Positions 9,518 to 18,600 are shown, counted from the stretch's first letter. The stretch: DNA of 64,000 nucleotides from Vulcanimicrobiota bacterium (GCA_963812135.1 CAWETU010000001.1:1024001-1088000); one strand, 5' to 3'. The notes: generated by a model not told the origin, from the sequence alone. Made by a program: numbers and translations.

Positions 9518-11178
9518 CGTCTCCAGCGCGCGCGGGTCGCATCCTCGCGCTCGCGTGCTGGGTGCTCGCGTTGTTCGCGCTCGCGAGTTGCTCGAAGATC
9601 TCCCAGAGCACTGCTCCGCCGAATGCCGGGCATTCGATCCCCGGCACGTTGCGCTACGCGGACATCGAAGAGCCGATCTCGTTCAATCCGCTGCTGCGCA
9701 CGATCGCGGTGGCGACAGACATGGACATGTTCATCTTCGGGTTTTTCTATAACTTCGACGACAAGATGCGCTTTGTGCCAGAGCTGGCGACGGTCGTGCC
9801 GACGTTAGAGAACGGCGGGATCAGCAAAGACGGTCTGACGATCACGTACCACTTGCGGCGCGGCGTCAAGTGGCACGACGGCGCGCCGTTCACGTCCCAT
9901 GACGTCGTCTTCACCGTGCATGCGATTCTCAACCCGGACAACAATTTGAGCCTGCGCACCGGCTGGGACCAGATCAGCAGCGTCGAGGCGCTCGACGACC
10001 ACACGGTGCGCTTCCATCTGAAGCGCATTTACGCGCCGGCGATCTCGACGTATTTCGCCGAGGGCGGGCTGTACCCGGTGCTGCCGGCGCACTTGCTCGA
10101 GAAGTATCCGAACATCAATCAAGTGCCGTTCAACTCTGACCCGATCGGGACCGGTCCGTTCAAGTTCGTCAAATGGGTGCATGGCGACCGGGTTGAGCTG
10201 GCGGCGAATCCGGACTACTGGCGCGGACCGCCGAAGCTCAAACGCATCATCTACAAAGTCATCCCGAACGACGTCACAATCCTCAACCAGTTGCGGACGC
10301 ACGAGATCGACGCATGGTTCCGCGCCGCGGTGAATCTGTATCCTCAGATCCGCGAGCTTCCGAAGGATGGTTTCCGCGTCGAGCTCGCGCCGTCGCTCGT
10401 CTACTCGCACCTCGACCTCAACCAGAAGAACCCGATCTTCCAGGATCTGCGCGTCCGCCAAGCCATGGCCCACGCGATTGACCGGACCAAGATCTTGCAC
10501 AACATCACCTACGACGTGCACGTCGTCGGGTATGCGGATCTCCCGCCGTTCTCGTGGGCCTACGAACCGGACGTCGCGCATTACGACTACGATCCCGCCA
10601 AGGCGCGCCAGCTGCTTGACGAGGCGGGCTGGGTGATGGGGCCGGATGGCGTGCGCCTCAAGAACGGCCAGCGTCTGGCGTTCAACCTCGCCGCAGCGTC
10701 GGGCGGCAAGACCGGCGAGGCGGTCGAGCAATATCTCCAGGCTGATTTCAAGAACATCGGCATCGAGGCGGACATCAAGAACTATCCGACCGCGTTGTAT
10801 TTCGACAACTACGCGCGCGGCGGCATCCTGCAGGCCGGCAAGTACGACGCCGCGTGGTTCTCGTGGGTCGCCGGCGCCGATCCGGGCAGCGACGAATCGA
10901 TCTACACGAGCTATAGCATTCCGCCCGCCGGTCAAGACAATCTGTGGTGGTCCGATCCCGCGCTCGACCGCGCCGAGCGGGGCGCTCTCTCGAGCTACGA
11001 CCAACGCGTGCGTAAGAAATACTACTCGATCGTCCAAAAAGAGATCGCCGGCCAGGCGGTGACGATCGTGGTGTTCTTCCAGCGACAGATCTTCATCACG
11101 GCCGATGGATTGCAGAACTTCAAGCCGGCGCCCGCGACCACGAGCAACTGGAACACCTGGGAATGGGAGATGAAATGA
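9514..11178 (+). CDS. ABC peptide/nickel substrate-binding lipoprotein (family 5) #2; proposed ATA start
   Basis: Paralog of #1 with LASC lipobox and LRRGVKWHDG; start either ATA 9514 or ATG 9502. Confidence 0.9.
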   Translation: MTSPARAGRILALACWVLALFALASCSKISQSTAPPNAGHSIPGTLRYADIEEPISFNPLLRTIAVATDMDMFIFGFFYNFDDKMRFVPELATVVPTLENGGISKDGLTITYHLRRGVKWHDGAPFTSHDVVFTVHAILNPDNNLSLRTGWDQISSVEALDDHTVRFHLKRIYAPAISTYFAEGGLYPVLPAHLLEKYPNINQVPFNSDPIGTGPFKFVKWVHGDRVELAANPDYWRGPPKLKRIIYKVIPNDVTILNQLRTHEIDAWFRAAVNLYPQIRELPKDGFRVELAPSLVYSHLDLNQKNPIFQDLRVRQAMAHAIDRTKILHNITYDVHVVGYADLPPFSWAYEPDVAHYDYDPAKARQLLDEAGWVMGPDGVRLKNGQRLAFNLAAASGGKTGEAVEQYLQADFKNIGIEADIKNYPTALYFDNYARGGILQAGKYDAAWFSWVAGADPGSDESIYTSYSIPPAGQDNLWWSDPALDRAERGALSSYDQRVRKKYYSIVQKEIAGQAVTIVVFFQRQIFITADGLQNFKPAPATTSNWNTWEWEMK

Positions 11179-12812
11179 GAGGTACTCTACGCATCGCGCT
11201 CGCGTCGGTCTGCCTGATCGCGATGTTCGGCTGCAGCAAGGTCACGCAGAGCACGAATCCGCAGCCGGGCAGCGGGACCATTCCCGGCGTGCTGCGCTAC
11301 GCCGACATCCAAGAGCCGGATTCACTCAATCCGTTGATAACGACTCAATCCGTCACGGCCGACCTCGAGTACTTCGCGTTTTCATTCTTCTTCAATTACG
11401 ACGACAAGGCGAACCTCGTGCCCGAGCTCGCGCTCGAGGTCCCCACACTCAAGAATGGCGGCATCTCGGCAGACGGACGCACCATCACCTACCATATCCG
11501 CAAAGGCGTCAAATGGCAAGACGGCGAGCCGCTCACCGCCAAGGACGTCATCTTCACGTTCCACGCGATCATGAACCCGAAGAACGACGTGCAGGTGCGC
11601 ACCGGCTACGATCAGATCGCCTCGATCGACGCGCCCGACGATTACACCGTGGTCGTCCACATGAGGCGCGTGTTCTCGCCGATCATCGCGTACTTCATGT
11701 GCCAGCAGGGCGGGTTCCCCGTCGTGCCCGCGCACCTCTTGGAGCAGTACCCGAACGTCAATCAGCTGCCATACAATTCTCTGCCCATCGGTTCGGGGCC
11801 GTTCAAGATCACGGAATGGCAGCACGGCGATCACATCACGCTCGTCGCGAATCCGGATTACTGGCGCGGGCCGCCCAAGCTCTCCAAAATCGTTTTCAGG
11901 TTCGTGAGCAACACCACCACGATCCAGGTGCTGCTCCAGACGCACGAGATCGACGCGTGGTTCCGCGCGTCTGCGGACCTCTACCCGCAGCTGCAGAAGA
12001 TCCCCGGCTATAAGGTGCTCGTGTCCGACGAGAATCTGTTCGGCCACATCGACTTCAACGTCAAAGATCCGATCCTGTCGGACGTACGCGTCCGCAAAGC
12101 GATCGAATACGCGCTGGACCGTCAGAGCATGGCGCACACGATCACCCACGACGTCTATCAAGCGGGGACGAGCGACATCCCGACGTATAACTGGGCCTAC
12201 CCGCACGACCTCCCCGTTTACGACAACAACCCCGCCGCGGCACGTGCGTTGCTTGATGAGGCTGGATGGACGGTCGGTCCGGATGGGGTCCGGCAGAAGA
12301 ACGGGCAAAAACTCGAGCTGCAGTTCTCCTACATCAGCGGCAACGTGATGGGCTCGAACATCGCGACCGTCACGCAAGCGCGTCTGCACGACGTGGGCAT
12401 CGCCGTCGCGCAGAAGGTCTATCCGGCGCCGCTCTATTTCGGTTCTGCACAGGCCGGCGGCATCCTCAACGGCGGGAAATTCCAGATGGCATACTTCGGC
12501 TGGGTGAGCGGTTTCGATCCGGACAACTCATCGCTCTACGCGTGCGATCAGTTCCCGCCTGCCGGACAGAACAATCTGTTCTGGTGCGACAAGAAGCTCG
12601 ATGACGCAGAGAAGGATACGCTCGGCACGTTCGACCAGCAGCGCCGCATCGCCGACTACTCGATCATCGAACACGAGCTGATCGAACAAGTGCCGACCAT
12701 CTTCGTGTTCCACGACCGGCGCATCGACGTCATCAGCGACAAGTTCCACGGCTACAAGCCCGGGCCGGCCAACTCGGCATACTGGAATCCGTGGGAATGG
12801 TCGATGGAATGA
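11175..12812 (+). CDS. ABC peptide/nickel substrate-binding lipoprotein (family 5) #3
   Basis: ATGA overlap with #2, MFGC lipobox, IRKGVKWQDG, GSGPFK, conserved WNPWEW C-terminus. Confidence 0.92.
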   Translation: MRGTLRIALASVCLIAMFGCSKVTQSTNPQPGSGTIPGVLRYADIQEPDSLNPLITTQSVTADLEYFAFSFFFNYDDKANLVPELALEVPTLKNGGISADGRTITYHIRKGVKWQDGEPLTAKDVIFTFHAIMNPKNDVQVRTGYDQIASIDAPDDYTVVVHMRRVFSPIIAYFMCQQGGFPVVPAHLLEQYPNVNQLPYNSLPIGSGPFKITEWQHGDHITLVANPDYWRGPPKLSKIVFRFVSNTTTIQVLLQTHEIDAWFRASADLYPQLQKIPGYKVLVSDENLFGHIDFNVKDPILSDVRVRKAIEYALDRQSMAHTITHDVYQAGTSDIPTYNWAYPHDLPVYDNNPAAARALLDEAGWTVGPDGVRQKNGQKLELQFSYISGNVMGSNIATVTQARLHDVGIAVAQKVYPAPLYFGSAQAGGILNGGKFQMAYFGWVSGFDPDNSSLYACDQFPPAGQNNLFWCDKKLDDAEKDTLGTFDQQRRIADYSIIEHELIEQVPTIFVFHDRRIDVISDKFHGYKPGPANSAYWNPWEWSME

Positions 12813-12819
12813 CGTTGAT

Positions 12820-12843
12820 GTAGCGGCCGAATTTATTCGGCCG
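12820..12843 (+). repeat. GTAG-type REP-like palindrome, family A, copy 2
   Basis: GTAG-CGGCCGAAT-TT-ATTCGGCCG, a perfect 9-bp stem with compensatory changes relative to copy 4; contains the lipid-kinase stop codon. Confidence 0.7.
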
Positions 12844-13759
12844 CCAGAATCGTTGCCCCGAGCGGCACGAGCTCGATCGTCGCGCCCTGCGTTTGGGCGA
12901 GCTCCCCATCGACGTGCATCGCGAGCCGTCGTTCAAAAGCGATCTCAATCCGGCTTGCGCGAAACGCGGTGACGTTGGACTCATCGGCGTGCGCGCCGGC
13001 GCGGATGCGGTGCATGAGCGCCATGCGTGCCGGTAAGCCCGCAACGTCTCTGAACGCGTAGCAGTCGAACACGCCGTCGTCGAGTCGAGCGCGGGGCGCG
13101 CCGCGAAATCCTCCGCCGTACCATGCGCCGTTGCCGACCGTGACCATCACCAGGTCTTTGAAACGCATATCGGCGGCGCTTGTGCGGATCGTCGCTCCCA
13201 CCGGCTTGACCGACAGCAAACCGCGCAGCGCGGCAAGATAGTATGAGAAGCCCTTCGCGAGTCCGCTTGCGCGGATGCGCACCGCCAGGGCGGCCACTTC
13301 GGCGTCGAGACCGATGCCGACGCAGTTGAGAAAGCGCTGTCCGTCCACCGTGCCATAGTCGATCCGTCGCTCGACGCCCGTGCGCAAGACGTCGAGTGCG
13401 GGTTTCCCGGGTTGCACCCCCAACGCCGTGGCGAGATCGTTGCCGGACCCGCACGGCACGATGGCGAGCGTCGTCGCATCCGGTGTGGACAGTGCATCGA
13501 ACGTCAGTGAGAGCGTGCCGTCGCCGCCGATGCAGACGAGCAGCGGACGACCAGCAGATGCCGCGTGTGAAACGGTTTCGTTGAGACGGCGCGAAAACGC
13601 GGGTGTCAAATCCGGCTCGACGATCGCGACAGGCGGACCGCCAAGCGTGCGTTCGACATCGCCGACCAAACCGTGGGCTTTGCCGCTGCCCGCCCAGCGG
13701 TTGGCCACGATGATGTAGGGTCGAATAAATTCTACCCCCACAATGGTGTCCGAGGTCAC
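12833..13759 (-). CDS. diacylglycerol/lipid kinase family protein (YegS/DagK-like)
   Basis: ANRWAGSG, IGGDGTL, PCGSGNDLA, GIGLDA, NGAWYGGG and HVDGE motifs; start uncertain (GTG 13759, GTG 13741 or ATT 13726). Confidence 0.9.
   Translation of the reverse strand: MTSDTIVGVEFIRPYIIVANRWAGSGKAHGLVGDVERTLGGPPVAIVEPDLTPAFSRRLNETVSHAASAGRPLLVCIGGDGTLSLTFDALSTPDATTLAIVPCGSGNDLATALGVQPGKPALDVLRTGVERRIDYGTVDGQRFLNCVGIGLDAEVAALAVRIRASGLAKGFSYYLAALRGLLSVKPVGATIRTSAADMRFKDLVMVTVGNGAWYGGGFRGAPRARLDDGVFDCYAFRDVAGLPARMALMHRIRAGAHADESNVTAFRASRIEIAFERRLAMHVDGELAQTQGATIELVPLGATILAAE
13715..13738 (+). repeat. GTAG-type REP-like palindrome, family A, copy 3, lying in the kinase 5' coding region
   Basis: GTAGGGTCGAATAAATTCTACCCC; 24 nt equals exactly 8 codons (GVEFIRPY) on the minus strand. 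Confidence 0.6.
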
Positions 13760-13895
13760 GGGGCGCGGTTCAATGATGCGCGGGAGTTGTCCCGCGAAAA
13801 GGCACGGAGGAAGCGTGAGCAACTTCCTCCTGCCCCTACGACTAAGCGTCCACGGGTTTCGTTACACGCGAGGAGAACGGTGTGGTGAAGCTCAT

Positions 13896-15101
13896 ATGAT
13901 GACCATTGGCCGCCTTGCCGGCATCGAGATCCGCGCCCATTATTCCACCCTGATCGTCTTCGGCGCCCTGACGAGCGTCCTCGCCTATGGCTACTTGCCC
14001 GTGGTCACGCCTGCGGCCGATTCGCTCGAGCGTCTCGCCGTCGCCATCATCGTTTCCTCACTGCTCGTGGCGTCGATTCTCGCGCACGAGCTCGCGCACG
14101 CGTTCGTCGCGCGCAGCCGCGGGCTGACCGTCAGCGGCGTCACCTTGTACTTGTTCGGTGGCCTTGCGCACGTCGGCGGTGCGCGCAGCGGACCCGGCGA
14201 CGACATCGCGATCGGCTTGGCCGGTCCGGCCATCAACGCGCTGTTCGCGGCTGTCTTCTTAGCCGCAGGCGCGTCCGTCATGCACGCGAACGCGCAGGCC
14301 GCGTTGCTGCTCATCAACCTCGGTCTGGCGAACGCACTGCTTTTCGGGGTCAACGTGCTGCCCGGCTATCCGATGGACGGCGGCATGGTGCTGCGCGGTG
14401 TGCTATGGAAGCTGACCGGCAACGTCGTCGCGGCGACGCGCCGCGCTGCGACGATCGGCAAAGCGCTTGCGTATCTGATCGCGGCCGCAGGCGTGTGGCT
14501 GCTCTTGCGCGGCGACGTCATCGACGGCATGTGGGTCGTGCTCATCGGCTGGCTACTCGCCGGTCTCGCCGAAGGGGCGTATCGCGGCATCATCACGCGC
14601 ACGGCGCTCGAAGGGTTGCGCGTCAAAGATCTCTGCGCTCGCGACGTGCCCGTGCTGCAGACCTCGGACACCGTCGCCACCGCGGCCGCGTTGTTGCGTT
14701 CGGGCACATCATCGCGCATCATCGCCGTCATGTTCGGCGAGCGATTGGCCGGACTCGTGGCGGACATCGACGTCGCGCGCATCGCGTCGAGCGACGCGGA
14801 GGCGACGTCGATCTCATCGATCATGCTGCGCACCGGCGGCCAGCCGACGCTGGACGCCGACTGCGACGCGATCGTGTTGATCCAAGCCATGCCGGCCAGC
14901 CCGCTGCGCTGCATCATCGTCGTCGACGAGCGCGGCGACTATCTCGGCCTCGTGCGCCACGAAGACGTCACGCGCTACGTCGAGATGATCGAGACGCTGG
15001 GCAACTCCAGCGCGCTCAGCACCCGCTGGCTGCGCCGCCTCGGCGCGCGCCAGGATGCTAGCGAGTCACTTCAATCTCCAGCGCATTATTCAAACGATTG
15101 A
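13896..15101 (+). CDS. site-2 protease (M50) with degenerate CBS pair
   Basis: HELAH zinc motif, LAGP, NVLPGYPMDGG, multiple TMs, C-terminal CBS-like repeats. Confidence 0.9.
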   Translation: MMTIGRLAGIEIRAHYSTLIVFGALTSVLAYGYLPVVTPAADSLERLAVAIIVSSLLVASILAHELAHAFVARSRGLTVSGVTLYLFGGLAHVGGARSGPGDDIAIGLAGPAINALFAAVFLAAGASVMHANAQAALLLINLGLANALLFGVNVLPGYPMDGGMVLRGVLWKLTGNVVAATRRAATIGKALAYLIAAAGVWLLLRGDVIDGMWVVLIGWLLAGLAEGAYRGIITRTALEGLRVKDLCARDVPVLQTSDTVATAAALLRSGTSSRIIAVMFGERLAGLVADIDVARIASSDAEATSISSIMLRTGGQPTLDADCDAIVLIQAMPASPLRCIIVVDERGDYLGLVRHEDVTRYVEMIETLGNSSALSTRWLRRLGARQDASESLQSPAHYSND

Positions 15102-15585
15102 AATAGTTGAACAGGCCGATCGAGCAAATGATCTCGATGATCTGCTCGTCGTTGTAATGCCGTCGCAGATCATCCCATAGCGGCTGCGCGAGGCCCGTCG
15201 GATCTTTGGTGAGCGCCTCGGCCACCGCGAGCGCTGCTTTTTCCGATTCGTTGAAGCGTTCGCTCTTCGCGTAGTCGCGCAGCGCGGCGATCGTCTCATC
15301 GTCCGAACCGAACCGCCTTGCCAAGGCGGTATGTGAAGCCATTCAGTATCGGCACGAGTTCAAGGTCGAGACGAGCGTGATGCACAGCTCCTTGAGCCGT
15401 TGCGGCGCGGCACCGGGTCCCGTGACCGCGGCCATGTGCTCCGACGCCGTGCGCATGATCGCCGGCGTGACCGCAAGCGTGCGGAACATGTTCGGGTAGT
15501 TGCCGCGCGCCTTGAAGAAGCCCTCAAGCACCGGCTTGGCTTCGTCAGGCGCGTCCTTCGGATCGATCGCGGGCAGTCTGGGCAT
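15058..15585 (-). CDS. AhpD/carboxymuconolactone-decarboxylase-like peroxidase; predicted selenoprotein (Sec81, CxxU), 175 aa
   Basis: ORFs 15343-15585 and 15058-15342 are in the same frame, separated by a single TGA; the read-through gives LNSCRY-U-MASH, matching the family CxYCxxxH motif; a hairpin lies just downstream. Confidence 0.85.
15312..15330 (-). promoter_or_regulatory. candidate bacterial SECIS element
   Basis: mRNA ACCGCCUU-GGC-AAGGCGGU, a perfect 8-bp stem starting 12 nt after the UGA with a G-containing apical loop. Confidence 0.65.
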
Positions 15586-15652
15586 TTCTCACCTCGATGA
15601 TATCTTGTCCAAAGGAAGCCGTGTTTACGTGCGGCAACAGTTGCGACCTCTG

Positions 15653-16939
15653 ATGAAGAGTGTACAGAGCCGTAGCGCTGCCCTTTTCGAACGCGCTCGC
15701 GCCGTCATTGCCGGCGGCGTCGATTCGCCGGTCCGCGCGGGCGGCGCCGTCGGGGCGCCGCCGCCGCTCATCGCGCGCGCGCAGGGCAGCCGCGTCGTCG
15801 ACGTCGACGGTCGCGAGTACGTCGACTATCTGTGCGCCTACGGTCCAGTGTTGCTCGGCCACTCGCATCCGGCGGTCAGCGCGGCCGTGGCTCGCGCCCT
15901 CGAGGATGGCGCGGTGTTCGGCGCCACGCATCCCGAGGAGATACGGCTCGCGGAGCGCATCGCGACGCTGATGCCATCCATGGAGCGCTTGCGCTTCGTC
16001 AACACCGGCACGGAGGCGTGCATGAGCGCCGTGCGCCTCGCGCGTGCGTTCACCGGACGTGAGACCATCGCGCGCTTGGGCGGCAACTACCACGGGCACA
16101 GCGACGAGATGATCTTCTCCGCTGGCGCGTCGTCAGCGTCGACGCCGACGCTTGCATGCGGCGTCACGAGCGTCGTCGTCAACGCCGTGCGCGTGTTGCC
16201 GTATAACGATGCGGAGGCGATCGAGCGCGCGCTCGAAGATAGGGCCGTCGCAGCGTTGATCATGGAACCGATCGCGGGTAACATGGGGCTCGTGCTTCCG
16301 GAAGACGGCTATCTCTCGCGCGTCCGTGAGGCGTGCACGCGAACCAATACTGTGCTGATATTCGATGAGGTCATCACCGGCTTCCGCGTCGGCTTGGGCG
16401 GCGCGCAAGAGCGCTACGGGGTACGGCCCGACCTCACGTGCATCGGCAAAACGTTGGGCGGTGGATTGCCGATCGCGGCGTTCGGCGGCCTGCGCGACAT
16501 CATGGCATATTTGGCGCCCGAGGGTAGCGTTTTCCAAGGTGGCACGTTCGCCGGCAATCCGGTGTGCGTCGCCGCCGCGCACGCGTTCCTCGATGTGCTC
16601 GAAGCTGACGCGGGATTCTACGAGCGGCTCGACGCGCTCGCCGGGCGGCTCGCGGCGGATGCATGCGACGCTTTATCAGACGCTGGCCTTGCGTATCCGG
16701 TTGTGCAGCTCGCATCCATGGTCGATTTCGCCTTTCGCGCCGGCGCGCCGCCGCGCGACTGCGCGCAAGCGGCTGAAGCCGACGGCGACGCGTACGCGAG
16801 TTATTATTGGAAGATGCTGGAGCGCGGCATCTTCTTGCCGCCGTCCAAGATGGAGCTCATGTTCGTGACCGCGGCGCATACGCGTGAAGACGTCGACGTC
16901 ACCGTTAACGCGATGCGGCACGCGCTGGCGGGCGCCTAG
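15653..16939 (+). CDS. hemL: glutamate-1-semialdehyde 2,1-aminomutase
   Basis: GGVDSPVRA, DVDGREYVDY, NTGTEA, YHGHSD, FDEVITGFR, GKTLGGGLP, QGGTFAGNP. Confidence 0.93.
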   Translation: MKSVQSRSAALFERARAVIAGGVDSPVRAGGAVGAPPPLIARAQGSRVVDVDGREYVDYLCAYGPVLLGHSHPAVSAAVARALEDGAVFGATHPEEIRLAERIATLMPSMERLRFVNTGTEACMSAVRLARAFTGRETIARLGGNYHGHSDEMIFSAGASSASTPTLACGVTSVVVNAVRVLPYNDAEAIERALEDRAVAALIMEPIAGNMGLVLPEDGYLSRVREACTRTNTVLIFDEVITGFRVGLGGAQERYGVRPDLTCIGKTLGGGLPIAAFGGLRDIMAYLAPEGSVFQGGTFAGNPVCVAAAHAFLDVLEADAGFYERLDALAGRLAADACDALSDAGLAYPVVQLASMVDFAFRAGAPPRDCAQAAEADGDAYASYYWKMLERGIFLPPSKMELMFVTAAHTREDVDVTVNAMRHALAGA

Positions 16940-18600
16940 GCGGTCTGCACCGCCGCGTCCTCCTGGCGGCCGAACTCGTCTACCGCCATCTCGCGCAGTT
17001 TGTATTTCTGGATCTTGCCGCTTGCGGTCATCGGGTAGGCGTCGACGAACATCACCAGCGCCGGCACCTTCTGGCGTTGGATCTGGCCATCGCAAAACGC
17101 GATGACCTCTTCGGCCGTCAACGTCTCTCCGGGCTTGACCTTCACAACCGCGCAGACTTCCTCGCCCCAGCGCTTGCTGGGCACGCCGATCACCTGCACG
17201 TCGGAGACCTTGGGATGGCTGTAGAGGAACTCTTCGATCTCGCGCGGGTAGACGTTCTCGCCGCCGCGGATGATCATGTCCTTGATGCGTCCGACGATCT
17301 TGACGTAACCGCGTTCGTCCATCTGCGCCAGATCGCCTGAGTGCAGCCAGCGATCGTCATCGATCGCCTTGCTCGTCGCCTCAGGATCGTGATAGTAGCC
17401 CTTCATGGTGCCATGACCGCGCGAGCAGAGCTCGCCAGGAGCGCCAGGCGATTGCGCCGCGCCGCTCTCCGGATCGGCGATCTTCACCTCGACGCCTGGC
17501 AGCGCCCGCCCGACCGTCGCGACGCGCAGTTCGATCGAGTCGTCCGTGCGCGTCTGCGTGATGACCGGCGACGCTTCGGTGAGACCATAGGCGATCGTCA
17601 GCTCGCGCGCGCCCATCGTCTCCGTGACCGCGCGCATCACCTCGATCGGGCACGGCGATCCGGCCATGATCCCGGTGCGTAAGCTGCTCAGATCGAAGCT
17701 CGCGAACTCAGGATGCTCGAGCTCGGCGATGAACATCGTCGGCACGCCGTAGATAGCAGTGCAGCGCTCTTTGTGGATCGCGTCGAGCACCGCGCGCGGC
17801 TCGAACACTTCGATGGGCACCATGGTGGCGCCGCGCGTCATGGCGCCAAGGCTCGCCATCACGCAGCCGAAGCAGTGGAACAACGGCACGGGAAAGCACA
17901 GCCGGTCGTTTTCGGTGAGGTTCTGGCACCCGCTGACGTGGTAGGCGTTGAGCACGATGTTGCGGTGCGTCAGCATCACGCCCTTGGGGAAGCCGGTCGT
18001 GCCGCTCGTGTACTGCATGTTGATGACGTCGCTCGGATTGAGCGACGCCGAGCGCGCCGCGAGCTGCTCGGGGCTGACCGCGGACGCCAGATCGAAGATA
18101 TCGCTGAACTTGAGCATGCCCGGCAGCCGCTCGTCGCCGATGAAGATGAGGCGGCGCAAGCGAGGGAGCGTCTCGAAACTATTGTGGCCGACCTTCGAGC
18201 GGTCGAGCTCGGGCAGCACTTGGCGCAGCGTCTGCACGTAATCGACGCCTTTGAAACTGCGGATGAGGAAGAACGTCGTTGTATCGCTTTGCCGCAGCAG
18301 ATACTCGAGCTCGTGCGCGCGATACGCGGTGTTCACCGTGACCAACACCGCGCCGATCTTCGCGGTCGCGTACTGGAGATAGAGCCACTCGGGCACATTC
18401 GACGCCCAGATCGAGACGTGTTCGCCCTTCTTGATGTCGAGGGCGAGCAATCCGCGCGCGAGCGTGTCTACGCGATCGCGGAACTGCGCGTAGGTGAGGC
18501 GCAGCGGCCGATCGGTGTACACGAGGCACTCGCGGTCGCCGAATTTGTCGGCCTGGCGATCGAGCAACGTGCCGATGGTAATGCGATCGATGTCTTGCAT
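16936..18600 (-). CDS. AMP-binding acyl-CoA synthetase
   Basis: QYTSGTTGFPKG, AYGLTE, LHSGD, GRIKDMIIRGGENVYPREIE, TASGKIQK. Confidence 0.93.
   Translation of the reverse strand: MQDIDRITIGTLLDRQADKFGDRECLVYTDRPLRLTYAQFRDRVDTLARGLLALDIKKGEHVSIWASNVPEWLYLQYATAKIGAVLVTVNTAYRAHELEYLLRQSDTTTFFLIRSFKGVDYVQTLRQVLPELDRSKVGHNSFETLPRLRRLIFIGDERLPGMLKFSDIFDLASAVSPEQLAARSASLNPSDVINMQYTSGTTGFPKGVMLTHRNIVLNAYHVSGCQNLTENDRLCFPVPLFHCFGCVMASLGAMTRGATMVPIEVFEPRAVLDAIHKERCTAIYGVPTMFIAELEHPEFASFDLSSLRTGIMAGSPCPIEVMRAVTETMGARELTIAYGLTEASPVITQTRTDDSIELRVATVGRALPGVEVKIADPESGAAQSPGAPGELCSRGHGTMKGYYHDPEATSKAIDDDRWLHSGDLAQMDERGYVKIVGRIKDMIIRGGENVYPREIEEFLYSHPKVSDVQVIGVPSKRWGEEVCAVVKVKPGETLTAEEVIAFCDGQIQRQKVPALVMFVDAYPMTASGKIQKYKLREMAVDEFGRQEDAAVQTA

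Noticed and set aside
15343..15345. Nonsense pseudogene or genome-wide UGA reassignment (genetic code 4/25)
   Set aside because: TGA is an ordinary stop in many genes here (ATGA/GTGA overlaps); this single TGA sits at a redox Cys position with a downstream hairpin, which favours Sec
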